23,986 nucleotides of DNA from Promethearchaeati archaeon. Its GTDB lineage: Archaea; Asgardarchaeota; Heimdallarchaeia; JABLTI01. A program made the position numbers and the translations under genes. The DNA lies in NCBI GenBank assembly GCA_013166835.1, contig JABLTI010000038.1:1-23986 (forward strand), read 5' to 3'. Numbering within the stretch: position 1 is the first letter of the stretch; every line of letters begins with the position of its first letter. The notes under the pieces were generated by a model. It saw only the letters and a program-made list of their open reading frames with translations. It was not told where the DNA came from and made no database searches. Below, in pieces: positions 18,195 through 23,986 of the stretch.

Positions 18195-19787
18195 TTATTT
18201 GCGTCGCTTAATTAAACCTATTGCTGCAACTGCGAGAAGTGCTGGAATAGCAACTAACCAAGTGTATCCTGGGAATATTCCACCTTTAATTGGATCGGGA
18301 GGATTGTAGTTTGGATTGATAATTTTGAAATCAAAATCAATGGAAATTGTTCCAGTTGGCATACCGGAGATTGTAGCGAAATCAGAAGTGATTGTTACAT
18401 CAACATCTGCTTTTATTCTCATTCCTGCGAGTACACCTGATTCTGAATAAGCTATCCAACCTTCTTGATGAAGAATTGCATTGATGTCGATTGTTGGATC
18501 AACTTGAGGATTAAAGAAACCTTCTGGAGTTATTAGTGCTAATGCTGTTGAAAATTCTACATCAACATCTATTGATTCTTTTAAGAAGAAGTAACCCCTC
18601 TTTTCCTCGACTCCAAATTGGGCATCGATTGAGTTAATTGTGAAATCTAAACCAGATGTTGTAGTAGGGATAAATGAGAGGACATCCTCTAGATAGATGC
18701 CAATAATTGTGTCAAATAAGACCATATAACCACCATAGATATCATAGTCAGCAGTTATTGCTGGAGCGTAGAAGTTTGTGAAAGTCATTCCAGTATCCCA
18801 CAATGGTGGTTCTTCTGTTTGGAATCCACCTAAGAAGCCCATGAACAGGTATTCGTTTACTGCTTTAACTAAGGATTCTGTAGTGAAATCATAGGAATAA
18901 ACATCTGCAGTGTAATAAAGCCCTTCAACGTCAGTAATTATATATTTTAGTAATGTTTGACCTTCCATACTTGCAATTTCATCTGTATAGCTATCTATCA
19001 TAGATGTATTGAGCATGGAATAAATATCACCAGTACCTTCTACTGCTAGATGAGCAATATCTGCTACTAATGCGATTTCTTGACCTATCGTAAGATCTAA
19101 TCCCTTAGTCTCTACTGAGGCAATAGCAATATCAAAAATCATGTCACTGTAATTCATGCCCATAATGTAAATGTCTTCAATGCGGATATTAGTTAGGATA
19201 CCATCAGATTTTCTATAAGTTGCAGACATAGAACCATCACCAATAGATATATGTGCTGTGAAGTCATCTGCCAAATTTTCAACTTCAAATCCAACAGCTT
19301 CAAGTGTAAGTTCATGAATAGCCCAGCCATCATCTAAGAAGAAGAATGTTGTTGGGTAAGATCCATTGAAATGGGGAACACCTGAAACAATTATTGCGGG
19401 AGTTGCTGCTCCGGTTGGTATAACTAAATCCAAGGCAGTAAATCCTTCACCGATAGTTATAGTTTCATCATTTTGGAAAATTAAACCCATTCCGTAATTG
19501 ATCCATTTACCAATTACTCCGGATCCAAAATCATTATCTTCTACAGACATAACTTTAACATATAATTGATTTCCTGCAAGATCCGAAATGGTTACATTTG
19601 GTATTGCTGGGAAAGCAAGCTCATTAATATCATATTTAATGGTCATTCCAGCAGTTACGCCAACGTCATCACCAAAAGTATTTGGAGTGTAAACTGGATC
19701 AACGGTATTATTTGTACCAATGACAGTTAACAAAGGTGTGAGCATTAGCATCATTGCTGTAAAAACTATTATTTTGTTCAACCTCAA
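18195..19787 (-). CDS. Cell-surface (glyco)protein with signal peptide, internal two-fold repeat and PGF-CTERM-like C-terminal anchor
   Basis: Likely TTG start at 19787, 7 nt after AGGTGA. Signal-like RLNKIIVFTAMMLMLTPLL. Acidic, beta-rich body with five N-x-S/T sequons. Ends PGYTWLVAIPALLAVAAIGLIKRRK. Confidence 0.8.
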   Translation of the reverse strand: MRLNKIIVFTAMMLMLTPLLTVIGTNNTVDPVYTPNTFGDDVGVTAGMTIKYDINELAFPAIPNVTISDLAGNQLYVKVMSVEDNDFGSGVIGKWINYGMGLIFQNDETITIGEGFTALDLVIPTGAATPAIIVSGVPHFNGSYPTTFFFLDDGWAIHELTLEAVGFEVENLADDFTAHISIGDGSMSATYRKSDGILTNIRIEDIYIMGMNYSDMIFDIAIASVETKGLDLTIGQEIALVADIAHLAVEGTGDIYSMLNTSMIDSYTDEIASMEGQTLLKYIITDVEGLYYTADVYSYDFTTESLVKAVNEYLFMGFLGGFQTEEPPLWDTGMTFTNFYAPAITADYDIYGGYMVLFDTIIGIYLEDVLSFIPTTTSGLDFTINSIDAQFGVEEKRGYFFLKESIDVDVEFSTALALITPEGFFNPQVDPTIDINAILHQEGWIAYSESGVLAGMRIKADVDVTITSDFATISGMPTGTISIDFDFKIINPNYNPPDPIKGGIFPGYTWLVAIPALLAVAAIGLIKRRK

Positions 19788-19821
19788 AATTATATCACCT
19801 AATGATAGGAATTTTTCCAAC

Positions 19822-19840
19822 GTAAGTAGTTCGTACTTAC
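19822..19840. promoter_or_regulatory. Perfect inverted repeat upstream of the surface protein gene (operator or 5'-UTR hairpin)
   Basis: GTAAGTA-GTTCG-TACTTAC, lying between a minus-strand TTTATTAA (19866-19873) and the SD/start. Confidence 0.45.
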
Positions 19841-19921
19841 ATCTAACTATTTATTAATTAACAGTTTAATAAAGGGTTGCTATTAGGTAAGTAAATTAAT
19901 CTTCTGTGCAATCTTTAGATT

Positions 19922-20677
19922 CTAAGTGGTGGATTCTTCTTCTCCTGCTGGAGATATCTTGCCAAGATTGAAACCTATGATCTGGAGAATCGGTCCTGCT
20001 ACCCAGAATAACGTAGCAAAAATCCAAAACACTATTTCCCACGGACTGTCTGGGTTTATTTCATCAACAACTCCATTTAAGGCAAAAATTAGAACGCCTA
20101 ATACTATGAAAGTAAATCCTAAGATGACAAATAGAATTCTTTTCTTAATAACTGGATCATCTACTTCTTTTCTTGTTCTTGCAAAGTAAATATTCGCTAA
20201 AATGATCATAACAACAGGAACTAGGTATAGGAAAATTAAAACCCAAGGAGCATCTTGAGTGGTTTTAATCCCAGTACCAATATCTGTTTGATCTTCTGAA
20301 TCATAAACAACTTTGTCAAAGATTGCTCCTACTACTGTATTAGCAATTGCAAGGATTATAAGGGGAAAATTAACATACCACTTCTTTAGATAATGCTCAC
20401 CTTTATACATAGTAAAGGCTGTAGCGAAAATAAGAAATGCTCCAACAGAACCTCCCCCTGAGACAAAATCTCTGATAAGATTGGCACCAATTGTGGGATC
20501 TTTAAACAAGAAAGTTAACCCGTTTAATACTAATGAGATGCCCCATGCACAGAGAGAATAAAAGAAAAGAAGATTAAGAGTTGCTTTCACATCTTTTATT
20601 AGAATAAGAACACCGACTGTAATCGCTACAACTCCAGCTATAATATTAATAATGTTTATCGGATGCGAGGCAAACAT
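19922..20677 (-). CDS. Stand-alone seven-TM membrane protein (HisKA_7TM/5TM-7TM receptor-like sensor domain)
   Basis: Seven hydrophobic segments. N-terminal GVLILIKDVKATLNLLFF...W pattern typical of HisKA_7TM-type input domains. No cytoplasmic output domain. Confidence 0.65.
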   Translation of the reverse strand: MFASHPINIINIIAGVVAITVGVLILIKDVKATLNLLFFYSLCAWGISLVLNGLTFLFKDPTIGANLIRDFVSGGGSVGAFLIFATAFTMYKGEHYLKKWYVNFPLIILAIANTVVGAIFDKVVYDSEDQTDIGTGIKTTQDAPWVLIFLYLVPVVMIILANIYFARTRKEVDDPVIKKRILFVILGFTFIVLGVLIFALNGVVDEINPDSPWEIVFWIFATLFWVAGPILQIIGFNLGKISPAGEEESTT

Positions 20678-20681
20678 ATTC

Positions 20682-20730
20682 TTCCCTTATCATATCACTT
20701 TTTCAGATAGGATTTTGTAGGATAAGGGAA
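20682..20730. promoter_or_regulatory. 10-bp perfect inverted repeat overlapping the ribosome-binding region of the 7TM gene
   Basis: TTCCCTTATC (20682-20691) / GATAAGGGAA (20721-20730) with a 29-nt spacer. Confidence 0.45.
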
Positions 20731-20864
20731 AAATAACTTTTAAATTAATTGTCTTTAACCAAAGATGAGTATTTTTGTCCGCATACGTAATGTTCGATGA
20801 ATTTTTATTCTAGAAAACACTTTCTAAAAATAGTGTAATCACTCAATTAAACGAGAGGAAACAG

Positions 20865-21644
20865 ATGAGTAAGAAACCTGATTTGAGAGCATTAGCTGGA
20901 ACAGTTCTAGAAGATGATGCGGATTTTGATGAAGTGCATATTTTGGGAGGACTCGAATCCAATCATAGTTTAAATGCAAATCTAGTAGATGTAAAAGGAT
21001 CAATAAAACTTCGTGGCAGTCTTTGGACGCACAGATTGAAAGTCTATGGTGGTTTGAGAATCGATGCAGATGTCATTGTTGAAATGGATATGGACATCAA
21101 AGGAGGATCAGTAGTAGGCGGGAAAATCCAAGCAAGAGATTTAGATGCATCAGGTGGAGTACAAGCTAAAGAAGGTATTAAGGTTACCAACTTGACTGTT
21201 AAAGGAGGAACAAAAAGCAATAAGCACATTGAAGTCGAAGAAAAAATCGACTCAACAGGAGGGTTAACTGCTTTTGGGAATATTTCAGCTTCCGAAATAA
21301 AATCTGTAGGGGGACTCATTGCTGAAGGAGACGTGAAGGTTCATGGTTTAGTTGATATAAGAGGGAAAGTGGAAGTCGGTGGGGATATCGAATGCGAGGA
21401 ATTCATCTTCAAAATAAGTTCACCTTCATTTGTAAATGGAAAGATAAAAGCGAATAAGATTACAATTGAAAAAGACGAACACGCCAAAATGGAAAGTTTT
21501 CTAAGAGTAACTGAGATTGTATCTCCAAACAGAATTGAAATAGATTATGTGATAGCAGAACGTGTGGTCTGTCCAAAGATGAAAGCAGGGCAAAACTGCC
21601 GAATTGGAGAACCATTGGACAAAGAATACGAACCAGAATATTAG
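20865..21644 (+). CDS. Bactofilin-like (polymer-forming cytoskeletal) beta-helix protein
   Basis: Roughly 17-aa repeats with alternating hydrophobics and GG/G turns. C-terminal IEIDYVIAERVVCPKMKAGQNCRIG resembles the end of long YhbE/YhbF-type bactofilins. GAGAGG SD upstream. Confidence 0.78.
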   Translation: MSKKPDLRALAGTVLEDDADFDEVHILGGLESNHSLNANLVDVKGSIKLRGSLWTHRLKVYGGLRIDADVIVEMDMDIKGGSVVGGKIQARDLDASGGVQAKEGIKVTNLTVKGGTKSNKHIEVEEKIDSTGGLTAFGNISASEIKSVGGLIAEGDVKVHGLVDIRGKVEVGGDIECEEFIFKISSPSFVNGKIKANKITIEKDEHAKMESFLRVTEIVSPNRIEIDYVIAERVVCPKMKAGQNCRIGEPLDKEYEPEY

Positions 21645-21672
21645 AGGGTAGAAACCCTCTCTCTTTATTTCT
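21643..21672 (+). terminator. Putative hairpin+pyrimidine-tract terminator of the bactofilin gene
   Basis: AGAGGGT-AGAA-ACCCTCT (21643-21660), a 7-bp perfect stem overlapping the stop, followed by CTCTTTATTTCT. Confidence 0.6.
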
Positions 21673-21690
21673 GTCGGTCATTTGTAGCTT

Positions 21691-21698
21691 TTTATATA
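21691..21698 (+). promoter_or_regulatory. Candidate TATA box for the epimerase-flippase unit
   Basis: TTTATATA about 40 nt upstream of ATG 21738, directly after the upstream terminator. Confidence 0.45.
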
Positions 21699-21737
21699 TA
21701 ATTTCTAAGTGAGCACTTGAATCACTTTGACTGAGTT

Positions 21738-22757
21738 ATGAACATGACAACAATATTAGTTACTGGTGGAGCAGGTTTTATTGGCTATCACTTGACAAAA
21801 TATCTACTCGAGAGAGACGTCAAAGTAGTAGTTTATGATAACTTCTCAGATTATTACACTCCTCAATTAAAATGGAAGAATGCTCAAGAAGTAGAGAAAC
21901 TAGGAGCAACCATTGTCGAAGGAGATATTCTTGATAAGAAAACATTGGCAAGAACACTCGAGAAGGAGAACTGTGAACGAGTCATCCATCTTGCAGCCCA
22001 ACCCGGTGTTAGATACTCAACAATTAATCCTGATAAATCACTGAGAATAAATGTCGAGGGAACATCAAATGTCCTAAATGTTTCTCGAGAATGTAATATC
22101 TCAAGAGCAGTAATCTCAAGTTCATCCTCTGTTTTCGGTCCGACTATTTTCATGCCCATGAACGAAGGTCACCCAAGAAATCCAATCTCTTTCTATGGAG
22201 TCAGCAAATTAGCCACAGAGAACCTTGTTGCAGTTTGTAGACATCTGTATCCTGATTTTGAAACAACAATTATTCGACCATACACAGTTGTTGGATCTCG
22301 TCAGCGTCCAGACATGGGCATAAACATATTCGTTTCCAAAGCTATGACTGATGAAACAATAACTGTTTTCGGTGATGGAAAACAAACCAGAGACTGGACA
22401 AATGTTGAGAACATGGCTCAAGCATTTCACCTTGCTGCAACCAAATCTTCTGCGAAGAATGAAAATTTCAATATTGGGGCTGGCACAAGAATATCTGTGA
22501 ATAGGGTTCTTTCGATGGTTTCTGAGGTGACCAACAGAGAGTTGTCTCTGGAATATGCTGAAATGAACAGAGCAGATGTTCGTGACACTTTTGCTGATAT
22601 TTCTAAAGCAAAAAGATTGCTAGGCTATGATCCAAAGAAAACTATTTACGATGCAATCGAGGATTTCACAGAGTTTTGGATAACCCAGCACTACAGTAGC
22701 CAACTCTTAACTAATGATTCATCGAGTCAAACTGCTAGTTCTATTTCAATAAAATAA
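21738..22757 (+). CDS. NAD-dependent NDP-sugar epimerase/dehydratase (extended SDR; UDP-glucuronate 4-epimerase-like)
   Basis: LVTGGAGFIG, HLAAQPGVRYS, SSSSV, YGVSK (YxxxK), RPDM, GDGKQTRDWT. Confidence 0.92.
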   Translation: MNMTTILVTGGAGFIGYHLTKYLLERDVKVVVYDNFSDYYTPQLKWKNAQEVEKLGATIVEGDILDKKTLARTLEKENCERVIHLAAQPGVRYSTINPDKSLRINVEGTSNVLNVSRECNISRAVISSSSSVFGPTIFMPMNEGHPRNPISFYGVSKLATENLVAVCRHLYPDFETTIIRPYTVVGSRQRPDMGINIFVSKAMTDETITVFGDGKQTRDWTNVENMAQAFHLAATKSSAKNENFNIGAGTRISVNRVLSMVSEVTNRELSLEYAEMNRADVRDTFADISKAKRLLGYDPKKTIYDAIEDFTEFWITQHYSSQLLTNDSSSQTASSISIK

Positions 22758-22809
22758 CATTATATGTGAATTGATAGAAGGGAAATCCAAGTAAGGAAAG
22801 TATTAAACA

Positions 22810-23892
22810 TTGGCAGAAGAAATACAAGAAATCCTCGATGAGGAAGAAGAAAAGCGTTCATTAGGTTGGTTCAAGAAGTATTGGAAGTACCTTCTTGGTT
22901 TCTTAGTAACAATAAGTTTGTTAGTGATATTAATTTGTTTTGCTGAACCCAAGCTGATTTGGGAGAGTCTTACTGGTTCAAATTATCAGTTAATTCTTGC
23001 ATCTTTTGGCATTACGTTCTTATTGTTTGTAATCAAAATACTTAGGTGGCAAGCAATTCTTAGAGTACAAGGTTGCAAGATTTCTTTCTTTGAAGCCTTG
23101 GATTTAATTCTTATTGGTACTTTTGGATCAGCAATAACCCCCGCAAAAGTCGGGGATATTTTGAGAGCATTTTATCTCTCTAAGAGAAAAGAAGATGTGA
23201 AGATAGGGAAAGCAGTTTTTTCTGTTGTGTTTGACAGAATCTTAGATCTTGCGGGGATAATTCTCATCGTTGGAGTAACTACTCCTTTCATTTTAACTAG
23301 TGTTGATACTACAATTGCATGGTGGATTCCAGCGGGCATTTCTGTTGGAATCGTAATCTTCATTGTTTTAACTGTTTTAGTTTTTAATAAGAAAATAACA
23401 GGTCCAGTCCTAACCTTTTTTGTGAAATTTATCTCAAGAGTATTCAAGAAAAAAGAAGCAAAAAATAAAATTAAACTAACTACAGAGGAGATAGTTAATG
23501 ATTTCTATGAAGGGCAAAAAAATTATCGAATAAAGAACTATCTTTGGTTAGGCTTCTTATCAATTCTCTTTTGGATAATCCTTGGTATGCAAGGTTGTGT
23601 ATTATTACTTGCTTTCAATGTTAGAAGTAGTCCTTTTGTTGTTATAGCTGTTTTATGTCTCGCTGCAATAGTTGCAATGTCGATTCCAATAAGCATCAGT
23701 GGTATTGGTATTCGAGACACAATTATTATGTCAATGCTCTGGCTTATATTAGGAATAGCAAACGCTGAAGCATTAAACCTCTCGATAATTCAAACCTTCT
23801 TGAATGTCTTGATTCCAGGTTTAATAGGTGGGTTCTTAACCTTGCGCAGAGGAGATAGAAAAGATCAACCTAAATCCCCAACTATTGCTTAA
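22810..23892 (+). CDS. Lysylphosphatidylglycerol-synthase TM / flippase-like protein (UPF0104, AglD2-like)
   Basis: RWQAIL, TPAKVGDILRA, SVVFDRILD, PISISGIGIRD; multi-TM; TTG start after AAGGAAAG. Confidence 0.88.
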   Translation: MAEEIQEILDEEEEKRSLGWFKKYWKYLLGFLVTISLLVILICFAEPKLIWESLTGSNYQLILASFGITFLLFVIKILRWQAILRVQGCKISFFEALDLILIGTFGSAITPAKVGDILRAFYLSKRKEDVKIGKAVFSVVFDRILDLAGIILIVGVTTPFILTSVDTTIAWWIPAGISVGIVIFIVLTVLVFNKKITGPVLTFFVKFISRVFKKKEAKNKIKLTTEEIVNDFYEGQKNYRIKNYLWLGFLSILFWIILGMQGCVLLLAFNVRSSPFVVIAVLCLAAIVAMSIPISISGIGIRDTIIMSMLWLILGIANAEALNLSIIQTFLNVLIPGLIGGFLTLRRGDRKDQPKSPTIA

Positions 23893-23960
23893 GCTCGGTT
23901 TTTTCTGAGTAAACTTAAAATAAATCAAGAATCACTATAGAATTGAGGGAGATTGCTTAG

Positions 23961-23986
23961 ATGAATGAAAAAGCAATAGCATTAAC
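23961..23986 (+). CDS. Probable start of the next gene, cut by the window edge
   Basis: GAGGGA SD-like motif (23945-23950), then ATG AAT GAA AAA GCA ATA GCA TTA open to the edge. Confidence 0.4.

Noticed and set aside
19788-19820. Longer N-terminus (TTG 19820) of the surface protein
   Set aside because: AGGTGA at 19795-19800 sits 7 nt before TTG 19787, which yields a canonical signal peptide.
19922-20677. Microbial rhodopsin (schizorhodopsin or heliorhodopsin)
   Set aside because: No Lys within TM7 in a DxxxK/SxxxK-type motif and no RYxxW-type helix C motif.
2025-23720. Short antisense or overlapping ORFs in the track (e.g. 2025..2213, 2313..2507, 5612..5917, 6309..6638, 15593..16021, 19926..20189, 21044..21319, 21884..22159, 23172..23447)
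   Set aside because: They lie opposite or inside well-supported genes, show no motifs, and look like shadow ORFs of the real coding strand.
1-23986. CRISPR arrays, tRNA/rRNA genes, transposases, integrases
   Set aside because: Intergenic gaps are short and AT-rich with no regularly spaced repeats or GC-rich structured RNA, and no ORF has recombinase or transposase motifs.

Overview
AT-rich archaeal chromosomal segment with about 19 protein-coding genes and no rRNA, tRNA, CRISPR or mobile element that I can see. The archaeal ribosomal stalk protein P1/L12, an AN1 zinc-finger protein, a PGF-CTERM-like surface protein and several eukaryote-like membrane proteins point to an Asgard archaeon, probably Heimdallarchaeia (inference, no search run). 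Housekeeping genes: aspartate-type aminotransferase, rpl12p, nnr, Zn/Cd P1B-ATPase, FtsX-like permease, bactofilin, NDP-sugar epimerase and an LPG-synthase-like flippase. The most striking content resembles eukaryotic ER membrane-protein biogenesis and quality control. It includes a CCDC47 (PAT complex, DUF1682)-like protein, a tandem PCI/UFL1-DDRGK-like winged-helix protein divergent from rpl12p, and PIG-B/PIG-Z-like and PIG-M/GT87-like GT-C glycosyltransferases, the latter next to a C-terminally anchored surface glycoprotein. It also includes an AN1 finger fused to an apparently dead site-2 (M50) protease. A degenerate KaiC-like ATPase paired with a nucleotidyltransferase, a stand-alone 7TM protein and recurrent hairpin+U-tract terminators are also present. 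All family calls come from motif recognition and recalled reference sequences and need HMM or structure confirmation.
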